Part shown: piece after piece, positions 11,641 through 23,248 of the stretch
Layout: each line of letters starts with the position of its first letter
Numbering within the stretch: the first letter of the stretch is position 1
Assembly (NCBI GenBank): GCA_963844715.1
Contig: CAWJPJ010000007.1
Location: 800,001-864,000, forward strand
From: an uncultured Phycisphaerales bacterium
GTDB lineage: Bacteria > Planctomycetota > Phycisphaerae > Tepidisphaerales > Tepidisphaeraceae
Reading direction: 5' to 3'
Length of the DNA: 64,000 bases
Program-made: the position numbers and the translations under genes
Notes under the pieces: generated by a model
The model's input: only the letters and a program-made list of their open reading frames with translations
Databases searched by the model: none
Told to the model about the DNA's origin: nothing

Positions 11641-12119
11641 ATGGAACGACAGATCGCTACGGATGAACAGCTTCGGCAGGAGAAGGAGTTGAGTCGGCTG
11701 ATCGAGGGGCTCAACGTCAATCAGTCGATCGCGCTGCAAGTTTTGATGAGGGGAGGGACGGTCACGGCTGCCGCGGCGGCGGCGGAAGTCACGCGGCAAA
11801 CGATTTACGAATGGATGAACCTTCGCCACCGGTTCCGGGAGGCGCTGGACTTTTGGAAACGCGATCTGGCCCAGTGCGCGCGGACGCGGCTGGTGATGAT
11901 GACGGACCTGGCGACGAGCAACGTCGCGGCGGCGCTGAAACGCGGGGATACGCAAACGGCGATGAAGCTGCTGGAAAAATTGGGCGTGCTGGCGCCGCCG
12001 GCGGTGGGACCGACGGAGCAGGAGGTACGGCGTGACAGAATGGAGACCCAATCCCGAATGGAAAGGGCGCAGGCCATCAGCACGGCCGAATCGCTGGCCG
12101 AAGTCGGATTGTGGCATGA
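11641..12119 (+). CDS. HTH protein, terminase-small-subunit-like; 3' end uncertain (reads to 12423 as sequenced)
   Basis: RBS gaggtg; GTVTAAAAAAEVTRQTIYEW helix-turn-helix; ATGA junction at 12116-12119 suggests the true end. Confidence 0.55.
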
Positions 12120-12433
12120 CGAATTCCCGGCCGAGCGAATGGGGTTCGGTACGTCCGGCGGAATGTGGGGCGGAGAAATGGGGCAAGCGACTGGATCGGA
12201 TTCTGAGGGCAGCCGCGTGCGGGGCGACGGATGCGGAGATGATCGTCGCTTACGCGATCACGCATCGGGAGATGATGGTTCTGTATCCGCTGATCCGGAG
12301 GTGTCGGGCGCGGCGGAGGATCGCGCTGCGCAGGGCACTGGCCCGGCTGGCGATGAAGGGGAATCGGAGGGCGGTTTTGATCCTGGGGGAAATGGAGAGC
12401 GTCGATCCCCAACTGCGCCGTAGGATCGACTGA
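12116..12433 (+). CDS. Small basic helical hypothetical protein, terminase-small-subunit-like
   Basis: GATDAEM...LRRALARLAMKGNRRAVLILGE. Confidence 0.4.
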   Translation: MTNSRPSEWGSVRPAECGAEKWGKRLDRILRAAACGATDAEMIVAYAITHREMMVLYPLIRRCRARRRIALRRALARLAMKGNRRAVLILGEMESVDPQLRRRID

Positions 12434-12637
12434 AACACCCCGGGAATTCCATGTCGAGTAAACGCCGGGATGTGAGCGGCTTCTCGGGGCCGCCCCGGCA
12501 TCTCCATTTTTGGGCAGAGGGGTCCGATAAACGAGGGTATAATCGAAGCGGAAACGCCAAAAGCCGCCCCGCGCAGGCTGTCTTTTCGGGCCGCTATTTG
12601 CGATTGTTCGAATGTCGATAAGGGTTACAATACGGGT

Positions 12638-12913
12638 ATGACCGCGTTGCAGAAGTCAGATTCGCCAGCGAACCCCAAACGCCATATATTCTGGCGGTTC
12701 CTGGGGCGGATTTTCTATCGCTCCAATGGGGCAAAACAGCCCACCTCGGGGGCCGCCGCCGCTGAACCTTGGGAACTTTCCGCCGACGACGCCAAGGTCA
12801 TGCAACAGGTCGCGGACCCGAAGAGCGCGGTCGGCAAACAAGTCCGACCCGGCGCACTCTTCCCTCAGGCGATATGTCACACACCAGCGCGTAATTCAAA
12901 CTCGTTCGGATGG
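12638..12913 (+). CDS. Putative antitoxin partner of the GNAT protein (end uncertain)
   Basis: ATG 6 nt after TACAAT; WELSADDAKVMQQVADP resembles DUF1778-type C-termini; the frame as sequenced runs on over the GNAT gene. Confidence 0.35.
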
Positions 12914-13446
12914 AGCACCCGGACGTGTTACGCACTCTCAACTTTTCAGCCGACCACCTTTACCGCGTCAAGGATTTTCATTGTGGCGAGGAGCCGTACG
13001 CGGCGGAAGTCGCTCAATGGATTCAGTGCACGAATCCGGATAACTCCGCGCTGCAAGATTTGGCGCATGAAGGAACACGGATTTGGCTCTACGCGGGCGA
13101 TGATGATCGCCTCGTCGGCTTCGGCTCGCTGGGCCATTCAAAATGGCGAATGCCGGGCAATAGAGACCCGTACCGGCCGCTGACGATTATCCCATACATC
13201 GCCGTCCACTCAGATTTCCAAGGCGTGGAGATTTTCGGCAACGAGAGCTACGCCGATTGGATTCTGGATCACTTGATCGGCGAAGCGCAGAAAGATCAGG
13301 TCGAACGGTCATACCTCGGCTTGTGCGTCCATCCGGATAACCAGAGAGCCATCCGATTTTACCGGAAGGCGGGATTCGCTTCCCTCGCTACACGTTACAA
13401 GCAATATATACGCATGATTCTGGCATTGGCTTCGGCAACTGGATGA
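12910..13446 (+). CDS. GNAT N-acetyltransferase, TacT/AtaT toxin-like
   Basis: DFHCGEE N-terminal motif, IAVHSDFQG motif A, NQRAIRFYRKAGF motif B. Confidence 0.75.
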   Translation: MEHPDVLRTLNFSADHLYRVKDFHCGEEPYAAEVAQWIQCTNPDNSALQDLAHEGTRIWLYAGDDDRLVGFGSLGHSKWRMPGNRDPYRPLTIIPYIAVHSDFQGVEIFGNESYADWILDHLIGEAQKDQVERSYLGLCVHPDNQRAIRFYRKAGFASLATRYKQYIRMILALASATG

Positions 13447-13582
13447 TCGGATGCTTTGCGATGGCGATGAAGGGAAACCGTGCCACCGCCTTGTTAGCTG
13501 CGGGTGATGGGTACGAATACCGGCGCATGAGCAATTCTTGAGAATAGTTCACGTTCCGATTGGACCTCCTTCGTGTCATACC

Positions 13583-14505
13583 TCATATTCCATCGAAATA
13601 ATCTGTATCCACTTTCCTGATATTGTATAGCTTGTAGTCCGCAACTCCCACGCCGTGATCGATCATCAATTCGGCTAACTCTTCGCCGTCAATAAGAACA
13701 ACCTTTGCATTCGCCTTCTCAGCGGCTTGACGCGCACCATTCGTGAATGCTCCGCTAATAATGAATACGCCCTTGTGGGCCTTCTGCTCCCCAAGCGATC
13801 CGGCGAATTTACGAATCTCATCAGGACCCACGGGATTTTGCCATTTCTTGGCTTGGACATATACGGTGTCGAGTCCCAGCCTATCCTCTTGAATCAGGCC
13901 ATCAATTCCACCGTCTCCGCTCCTTCCAACGACGCGACTTCGATCAGCATGTGTGCCGCCGTAACCCATTGCCACGAGCAGATCGACTACCAGATACTCG
14001 AAAAATTTATCCGTGCCGTGCCGAACTCTATCCAGAAGGTCGTCTGCAAGGGTTTCGCGAATTTCCTTATAGGCTGCGTCGAGACGTTCGTCGGGCGTGG
14101 CGTCAACATCCTCGGCTGTCTCGTCAGCAGTTATTTGCCCACCGTTGGCGGTCATCTTGGAGCGTCTCGAAATGAATATAAGGAACTCTGGAAACTGGCG
14201 GAGATAAGATTGGTCGATTCGTGACGGGTTTGCTTGCAATGCGTCCAATCCGCGTTGTGTAATTTTGAATTTACCCCGTTCGGTTTTTTGCAGCAAAACG
14301 CCCTTTGTCAGATAAGTAAGCACCACCTCGCACGGTTGCTGTATAGGGTCTTGCCCCCCCGTGGCTGCATAATCCGTTTTTCCTCTTCCGAAATTCCCAG
14401 TCGAGACGCAATCGTTTCGATCATATCCAATACGACGTGCTCTTTTTGATCTCCCGCGAGTTTCAGAATAGGAAGCATGAAATCCTGCCAACCTGGGATT
14501 GCCAT
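13583..14505 (-). CDS. mrr: Mrr type IV restriction endonuclease, frameshifted near 14320
   Basis: MAIPGWQDFMLPIL N-domain; FFEYLVVDLLVAMGYG, GDGGIDG, YVQAKKW, LIDGEELAELMID. Confidence 0.93.
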
Positions 14506-14900
14506 GGAGACTCCGAGTTTACATCGAATCAAAGGGAATGAAAGGAGTGACGCGAACCCTTAGACGGGTTCTCCTCCCTTTTGCTCTGCGGCGAGTTCGC
14601 CGTTTCCGGCCATCTCGCCGACCGGGACGGGGCGAAGGCGCGGCGAAGGTGACACTCATCATCGATGTGGCGGAACGGCCGATCTGCGAAATGGCCCTGG
14701 CGCCCACGTTTAATTGTTATACAACAATCAAGTTCCCTCAACCTCCCAATCAAAGCGCCGATGGGACATTTTGGGACCTCGCCCCATGGCTACGCCCTGT
14801 CCTGCCCGCCGACTTCATCTCTCCGTCTCTTTGTCTTCCGCCCCATCATGCCTCTCCGGTCTACTCGACTCTCTATTTTCCCCTCTCTAGCATAGCTCTC

Positions 14901-16088
14901 CTACGTCCCTTCGTGCCTCTCCGTCCCATCTCCCTCCTCCTTTCCCCCAGTACCCACCACCCGAAACTTCGCCCGATACTGCGTGGGCGTGAGCCCCACC
15001 TCGGCTCGGAACACCGTCGAGAGCTGCTTCGCCTCGGAGAACCCCGACCGCCTTGCCACCAGGGGCATGGCCAAGTCCGTCGTGGACAGCAGCTCGCGCG
15101 CGATCTCCAATCTCACCCGCCTAATCTCTTCCAGCGGGCTGCGGCCCAGGACGGCCCGGAATTTCCTTTCGAGGGATCGCCTCTGCAGGGGCATCGCTAG
15201 GAGCAGCTCGCGCACGCCGATCCACTCGCCGGCGTGGGCCAGGATGAATCGCACGGCTGCGGCGACCTGCGGATCGTCGATGGACACGACATCCGTTGAA
15301 CCGCGTCCGATCACGCTCGACACCGGCAGGACCGCCGACTCGACGCCGCGCCGTTTCCCGGCCAGGACCTTTTCCAGGAGTCCTGCCGCCTCGAACCCCA
15401 CGCGCTCTGAAGGAAGCGAAACGCTGGACAAACGGGGCATGGCCATGCCGCAGATGATTTGATCGTCGCCGATCCCCAGCACGGCCGCCTCGCGGGGAAT
15501 CTTGATGCTCGCGCTGGCGCACGCGTCCATGACTTGCCGGGCCAGGGCATCATCCGCCCCCAGAATTGCGCACGGCTTGGGCAGTTTCGCCACAAACTCC
15601 CCCAGCCCCGCCCCGTCCAATTCCCCCAAAGCCGGCGCCAGAAACTCCGGCACCTGATCGATCCCCTCTTTGGCGAGCCGATCCGTAAATCCCTTCTGCC
15701 TTTTCTTGGAATCCGCCCGATTCGCAAACCCGACAAACGCGAATTTCGTCATCCCTCGTTTAAGGAAATGGTTTGCCGCCAGTTGTCCCACATCCGCGTC
15801 GTCTGGAACGATATGCGGGAAGGCCATGCCGTCCATTTCTGAAGAGACATTGATGGCCGGGACGTTGCTTGCCTTGATCCACTCGGCCAGTTCCGTCGAA
15901 TTCACCGCCGCGATCAGTCCGCGCGGCTCCAGAGCGTTGAGCTTAACAATCACTCCCGCCGCCGGATCGAATCGCGTCAGCGCCCAGGGTTTGCCGGGCG
16001 CGATGAATTTCACGATCCCCTGCACCACGCCGCGCCAATACTCATCCGCAACCCCGACAACCACCGCGATTGGCACCATCTTCTTCAT
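14901..16088 (-). CDS. XylR-type transcriptional regulator (periplasmic-binding fold plus AraC HTH)
   Basis: LSSV..P..RVGFEAA.LL, RRSLERKF, SGFS...FR...GLTPTQYR. Confidence 0.92.
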   Translation of the reverse strand: MKKMVPIAVVVGVADEYWRGVVQGIVKFIAPGKPWALTRFDPAAGVIVKLNALEPRGLIAAVNSTELAEWIKASNVPAINVSSEMDGMAFPHIVPDDADVGQLAANHFLKRGMTKFAFVGFANRADSKKRQKGFTDRLAKEGIDQVPEFLAPALGELDGAGLGEFVAKLPKPCAILGADDALARQVMDACASASIKIPREAAVLGIGDDQIICGMAMPRLSSVSLPSERVGFEAAGLLEKVLAGKRRGVESAVLPVSSVIGRGSTDVVSIDDPQVAAAVRFILAHAGEWIGVRELLLAMPLQRRSLERKFRAVLGRSPLEEIRRVRLEIARELLSTTDLAMPLVARRSGFSEAKQLSTVFRAEVGLTPTQYRAKFRVVGTGGKEEGDGTERHEGT

Positions 16089-16130
16089 GTCAGTTCCCCA
16101 TTCATACGGATCATACTAGAAGCGCGCCCG

Positions 16131-16170
16131 CCCCCTCCCAGCCCTCCCCCGGAGTACCGGGGGAGGGGTG
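16131..16170. repeat. REP-like element, family C (reverse orientation)
   Basis: ccccctcccagccctcccccggagtaccgggggagggg. Confidence 0.8.
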
Positions 16171-16215
16171 AAAAAAGAGGGGCGCGATTCATGTACGATC
16201 CGTTCAATTCCTCGA

Positions 16216-17172
16216 TCATGGATACGGATCGCGCTTCGGCTGATCTCCCGGCAGTTCCAAAGCCCCTATTAGCTCAGTTACCGATTCAACGCCAGTGCGT
16301 TCCATATATTCGGCCAATCCGCGACAAATTTTGTTCGGCGAGGCTGGATCCACAAACAGCGCCGTTCCCACAGCAACCGCGCTGCTCCCGGCCAATAAAA
16401 ATTCCACCGCGTCGCCCCAGAATTGCACGCCGCCCATCCCGATGATCGGCACGCCGGCGCTGTGGGCAATCGTGCGATAGACCCGGCTGATCAAATGGAG
16501 CGCGATGGGCTTGATCGCCGGGCCGGACAATCCGCCGGTGACGTTCGCCAGCCGCGGGCGTTTTTTGTGAATGTCGATCGCCATGGCCGTGAAGGTATTG
16601 ATCATGGAGAGAATTTCCGCTCCGCCCTCGATCGCGGCCCGCGCGGTCAGCGTGATATCGTCGACGTTCGGCGAGAGCTTCACGATGAGCGGCTTGTGCG
16701 GGAGCACGTCCTTCACTTGCCGGGTCAATTCCTTCAGGCGGCCGGGATGGGTACCGAAGGTGAGCCCGTCCTTTACGTTCGGACAGGAGACATTCAATTC
16801 GACCGCCGCGAGGCAATCCAGCTTGTCCATGGCCGCGCAAGTCTCGACGTAATCGTCGTAGCTGTGCCCGGCGACGTTGACGATCACCGGGCAGGGCATC
16901 TTCTGGATCTGCGCGACCTTTTCGGCCAAAAAACGATCCAGCCCCACGTTCGCTAGGCCGATCGCGTTGAGCATTCCCGCGCGTGTCTCGACGATTCGCG
17001 TCGGCTCATTCCCCGGCCGCTCTTCCCGGGTGATCGACTTGGTCACAAACGCCCCAAGCTGCGATAAATCCATGAAATCCGCGTACTCCAGCGCATAGCC
17101 GCAGGTTCCCGAGCAGGTCAGCAGCGGATTGGAGAGTTTCAAGCCGGCTAAATTGATCGATAAATCAGGCAT
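16216..17172 (-). CDS. pyrD: Dihydroorotate dehydrogenase B, catalytic subunit
   Basis: GMLNAIGLAN, ELNVSCPN, VKLSPNV, GGLSGPAIKP. Confidence 0.96.
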   Translation of the reverse strand: MPDLSINLAGLKLSNPLLTCSGTCGYALEYADFMDLSQLGAFVTKSITREERPGNEPTRIVETRAGMLNAIGLANVGLDRFLAEKVAQIQKMPCPVIVNVAGHSYDDYVETCAAMDKLDCLAAVELNVSCPNVKDGLTFGTHPGRLKELTRQVKDVLPHKPLIVKLSPNVDDITLTARAAIEGGAEILSMINTFTAMAIDIHKKRPRLANVTGGLSGPAIKPIALHLISRVYRTIAHSAGVPIIGMGGVQFWGDAVEFLLAGSSAVAVGTALFVDPASPNKICRGLAEYMERTGVESVTELIGALELPGDQPKRDPYP

Positions 17173-17459
17173 CAGCCATCCGAATACACTTTATGCCGCG
17201 GCCGCGAGCGCAGGATTTCCGCTTTCCCCCAACTGGTCACCTGTTTGAACGCATCGCTGCGCAAAAACGCCTCGTAGTCCTGCTTGGTCTTCCACTGGCT
17301 CCAGATGAGATAGCTTCCCACCGAGTTCACGTTTTCATAAACCTGCGAGTCGATGTGACCCGGAATCGTCTTCAAATGCTCGAGCACGTTGAGGAAACCT
17401 TTTTCAAATTCCTCTTCTTTGCCCGGGATCACGTCGTAGTGCATGCCAATCGTTGTCAT
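17172..17459 (-). CDS. Antibiotic biosynthesis monooxygenase (ABM) domain protein
   Basis: VIPGKEEEFE...YLIWSQW...AFLRSDAF; 95 aa. Confidence 0.8.
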   Translation of the reverse strand: MTTIGMHYDVIPGKEEEFEKGFLNVLEHLKTIPGHIDSQVYENVNSVGSYLIWSQWKTKQDYEAFLRSDAFKQVTSWGKAEILRSRPRHKVYSDG

Positions 17460-17465
17460 GTTTGT

Positions 17466-18422
17466 TCACCAAAGTAAATCAGCCGCGGCAAAGACGGGTC
17501 CGTCCGTGCACGCAAGCCGATAACACCAGTCCCTCCCCGGCAGCGGCGGTTTCGCCGGCTCCTTTTTCTTCACGCGAATGCAACAACTCTGACACGTCCC
17601 CATCCCGCAAGCCATCGCCCGCTCGACCGCCACCTGGCAAGGAATCGCCCGGCGAATCGCGATATCGGCGACGCGTTTCATCATCGCCTCGGGGCCGCAG
17701 GTATAAATCGTCGGCGCCTTGGGGCGATGCCGATCCAAAAAAATCTCCAGGGCCTGGGTAACAAATCCGCGCACGCCGAATGATCCGTCATCGGTCGAGA
17801 CCACGCTGGGAATTTCATGCGCCGCAAATTCGCCGATGCAGGGCCGCGGGTTCGGCTCCGAATCCGCATCGGCGATAATCGACAGGGGCAGCAGATCGCG
17901 CGTCACCGCGCCGGCGAAGGCGACGCCCCGCGCCTCGCCCAGATGGCCGGCGAGATAAATCATCGGCGGAATCCCGACGCCGCCGCCGACCAGCAGCGCC
18001 GTCCCGCCGATGGCGGGGGGGGTGAAGGTGTTTCCCAGAGGCCCCAGAATTCCGACGCGATCCCCGTTCTTCAATTCCGAAAGCCAACCCGTGCCCAGTC
18101 CCACCACTCGATGAATGACGTCCAGTTCCACTTTCCCGCCGACATCGCGCCGCCCGGCAAGCGAAAACGGCCGCCGAAGCATCGCCCGCGGCGAAATCAG
18201 CTCATGCCCGTGCAATTCAGCGCGAATCCCCGGCTCCCAATCCACCGTCGCGTCATCCGAATTCTCAAACCCCGGATCATCGCACAATATCTGGATGAAA
18301 TGTCCTGGCTGCGTTTCTGGAAACCCCGCCAGCGAAAGCACCAGCCGAAAGTGCTCCCGGCAAAGGGGGACATTCTCGCTAACCGTTGCAAGGAACTGGC
18401 TTCTGATCCGCGGCGAGGTCAT
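17466..18422 (-). CDS. pyrK: Dihydroorotate dehydrogenase electron transfer subunit
   Basis: LRRPFSL, GPLGN, GGGVGIPP, CGPEAM, MACGMGTCQSC...LACTDGPVF. Confidence 0.95.
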   Translation of the reverse strand: MTSPRIRSQFLATVSENVPLCREHFRLVLSLAGFPETQPGHFIQILCDDPGFENSDDATVDWEPGIRAELHGHELISPRAMLRRPFSLAGRRDVGGKVELDVIHRVVGLGTGWLSELKNGDRVGILGPLGNTFTPPAIGGTALLVGGGVGIPPMIYLAGHLGEARGVAFAGAVTRDLLPLSIIADADSEPNPRPCIGEFAAHEIPSVVSTDDGSFGVRGFVTQALEIFLDRHRPKAPTIYTCGPEAMMKRVADIAIRRAIPCQVAVERAMACGMGTCQSCCIRVKKKEPAKPPLPGRDWCYRLACTDGPVFAAADLLW

Positions 18423-18447
18423 CGGTCCGATTCTACCGGAGGAGCGC

Positions 18448-18492
18448 AAAAAAAGACTTCCGGAGGGATGGCTCCTATCCACCTCCGGAAGT
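18448..18492 (-). terminator. Intrinsic terminator
   Basis: Stem acttccggagg / cctccggaagt followed on the minus strand by CTTTTTTT. Confidence 0.8.
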
Positions 18493-18535
18493 GCGCCACG
18501 GCCAGAAGCCGCTTAGCTTGATTTTGACTCAACGG
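18448..18535 (-). ncRNA. Candidate small RNA or leader of about 90 nt
   Basis: Lies between a consensus promoter and an intrinsic terminator; no convincing ORF. Confidence 0.5.
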
Positions 18536-18540
18536 GGCTG

Positions 18541-18569
18541 ACTATAACTTTGCGAAAAAACCGTGTCAA
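18541..18569 (-). promoter_or_regulatory. Sigma-70 promoter
   Basis: TTGACA-17 bp-TATAGT on the minus strand. Confidence 0.8.
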
Positions 18570-18733
18570 TTATGCCCGGCCCCATCGATAGGTTTTAATA
18601 AATGACATAACAGCTTGGCAGATAATGGCTTATCGCAGCCTTAAAAGTCTCTGTTTTTGCCGCCCCGGCCCGATTTGCGCGGCATCGCATCTTCGCGCAT
18701 CTGAAGAATATAACTACACTTGCCTCGCATTTT

Positions 18734-20772
<2,039 letters not shown>

Positions 20773-20830
20773 CCCATTAAGGTATAAACGCCGCCCCCCA
20801 AAAGCCACGGAAGAATTCGCGCGGCAGCGC

Positions 20831-20863
20831 AAAAAAAACGGAACGCCGAGAGGGCGTTCCGTT
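20831..20863 (-). terminator. Intrinsic terminator (original terminator of gene 22541-23248)
   Basis: aacggaacgcc / ggcgttccgtt stem with T8 on the minus strand. Confidence 0.8.
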
Positions 20864-20878
20864 CGGAAACTAGCTTAG

Positions 20879-22252
20879 CAGGACGCTGAAAAACTCGGGA
20901 GTTGGCGCATTTTCCTGTCTGTTGGCCGCTTTTCAATGGCGGGTTCCATCTCGGATCGTTCCAAGGGCTTCAGTTCGTTCGAGTTCGTTGGCGGATTGCA
21001 TGCCCAGGTTGAGTTTCACACGGTACTCAGGTTGCGCATCCGGATCAGATTGAACGCCGCCCCGGCCAGGTGGGCCTGCTGGCCGGTTTTTGAATGTCCG
21101 ATCAACCGGGTGCGATACAGGCCGCCGATCGTCTTGGCCCAGCCGATCCATTCCTCGATCTTCTTGCGGCAACGCTGGCTGATGGCGTAACCGAGGGTCT
21201 TGCGCGCCGACGCATCCGCTGGCGGGCCGCGATGTTGGCTCGGTTCTTCCAGCGATAGGCGGCGGTGTCGCCGCCGATCTTGCCCTCCTTCACCGCCACG
21301 TGCGGACGGATTCTTCTTCGCTCCAGCCCACGCAACAGCGGACCCTGGTCGTACCCCTTGTCGGCCCCAACCGTCTTGGGTTTGAGCCCAAAACGTTTCT
21401 TGACCCGATCGATCAGCGACAACGCGGTGACCGGCTCGCTGTTCTCCAGCGGCGAGTTGACTTCCACCGCCAGCACCAGCCCGTGGCGGTTCTCCACGAT
21501 CGCGTGCAGCGCATGGCTGAGCAACGCCGGCTTGCCGTCGCTCTTGCGGACCAGCTTCGCGTCGGAATCGGTGGTTGATTCGTGGGTGTCGTTGGACCGC
21601 TTCTGGCCGTGGAAGTCCACCTCGGCGTTGCGGCCCTTAAAACCGTTGTTATCTCCCGCATCATTGTCTTTTTTGTCCTTTTCATCCCTGGGTTTGAAGC
21701 TCTTGATCGACGCATACGCCTCGATCAGCGAGCCATCCACCGAGAAGTGGTCGGGGCTGACCAGTCCCGCGGCGATGGCCCGACGCACCGTGCCGTCGAA
21801 AAACGCGCCGATCAGCCCGTGCTCTTCCAGCCGCCCGCGATTGTGCGAGAAGACGGTGGCGTCGAATACCTCTTCGTCGATCCGCAGGTCCAAAAACCAA
21901 CGGAACAGCAGGTCGTGATCAATCCGTTCCACGAGCTGCGCCTCGGAGCGAATCGAATAGATCGATTGCAAAAGCAACGCCTTGATCAGCCGCTCCGGCG
22001 GCACGCTGGGCCGGCCTTCGGCCGCGTAGGCGGCATCAAAACGCCGACTCATGGCCTTCAAGTCTTCATCGACCATGCGCTTCACGGCCCGCAGCGGATG
22101 ATCAGGACGGACGCGTTGTTCCAGATCGATGGCCGCGATGAACAAAATGGATTGGGGATCGGCCTTGCCTCGCATGAATGACCTCCGTGTCTGGGTGTCA
22201 CACAGTTCAGCGCCACCGAGAACATTCGTCAAGAGGGTTTTTCAGCGTCCTG
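20879..22252 (-). mobile_element. IS5-family insertion sequence, 1374 bp
   Basis: 16-bp perfect TIR CAGGACGCTGAAAAAC; flanking TTAG duplication at 20875-20878 and 22253-22256. Confidence 0.92.
21016..22175 (-). CDS. IS5-family DDE transposase, frameshifted near 21200
   Basis: GRPSVPPERL, LLFRWF, FSVDGSLI, GADKGYD, RKKIEEWIGWAK. Confidence 0.9.
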
Positions 22253-22255
22253 TTA

Positions 22256-22530
22256 GAGCAGCTTCATCTGTTTTGTAGCGTCTGCGTCGCCGCCTTTTGC
22301 GGCACAGGCTAGGCGCGACGACGAGTCGTATCAGGTGAAACGATACGGCGAGAAGGAGCAACGACGCATGGGCCGCAAAAGGCGACGACCCGGAGGGTTG
22401 CGTCCAGACGGGCCGTTCGCGGCGTTATCGCTCCTCGCCATATCGCTTCACCTGATATGACTCGTCCCTCTGCCTAGCGCCCGGCCCGTCTGGACGCAAC
22501 GCAGACGCTACAAAACAGATGAAACTGCTC
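22256..22530. mobile_element. MITE, 275 bp, non-coding
   Basis: 32-bp TIR GAGCAG(C/T)TTCATCTGTTTTGTAGCGTCTGCGT with 1 mismatch; TTA on both flanks. Confidence 0.88.
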
Positions 22531-22540
22531 TTAGATTCGA

Positions 22541-23248
22541 TTAATTCGTCGCGAACGAGTAAGGCACATACCCGCCGGTGGCGTTATTCAGCACGACGTG
22601 GAAGGGTCCCGTCCACTTCGGCATGTTCACAAAATGATCGCCCGCCTCGGACTGGATCTCATTGCCGTTTTCGTCATACACGTGCCAGTCCACCATCCCC
22701 GGCTCGGCCGCGAAAACCGCCACTTCCATCGGCTCGCCGCCCGCGAAGGTGATCGTATACGTCACCGATCCGCCCGGGGGCAGCACATCGCGGTCCATGA
22801 TCGCTCCGCCCGGGTGCCCGCGGCTGGCCGGGATGCTCTTCTCGATATCCGCGATCGTCGCCAGCGCGTCCTTGTCGTTGCCCGCCATCTGCTTCGCCTC
22901 GGCGATCATCCCCGTCGGGCTCACATCCATCGCCCCTGGCTTCGCATCCGTATCGGCGCCGGTACCCTTGGCAACCTGCTTGCTGGGATTATCCATCGTC
23001 CGCGGCGGATCAGTCGCCATGATCCGCGCCGCCATCGCCAGCGCCACCGCGTCGTGATTCGACCGCGCCCACGCCGCCAGTTGCCCGGCGCACTGACACG
23101 TCTGCACGCTGGTGGGCTTATCCGACGGCGCCACAGGCTGATTCGATGTATTCGAACCCTTGTTATCGTCGGCAAAAGCCCGCCCCGCGACCAGCGACAA
23201 CGCCAGGGCCGCCAAAACCATCGTTCGATTGAGCCGCTTCATGACCAT
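22541..23248 (-). CDS. Secreted protein with C-terminal PPC-like beta domain
   Basis: Signal peptide ending RAFA; C-terminal YTITFAGGE...VYDENGN...PKWTGPF...ATN. Confidence 0.7.
   Translation of the reverse strand: MVMKRLNRTMVLAALALSLVAGRAFADDNKGSNTSNQPVAPSDKPTSVQTCQCAGQLAAWARSNHDAVALAMAARIMATDPPRTMDNPSKQVAKGTGADTDAKPGAMDVSPTGMIAEAKQMAGNDKDALATIADIEKSIPASRGHPGGAIMDRDVLPPGGSVTYTITFAGGEPMEVAVFAAEPGMVDWHVYDENGNEIQSEAGDHFVNMPKWTGPFHVVLNNATGGYVPYSFATN

Noticed and set aside
21016..21210. Programmed frameshift in the IS5 transposase
   Set aside because: No slippery A-run at the shift, and the indel background is high
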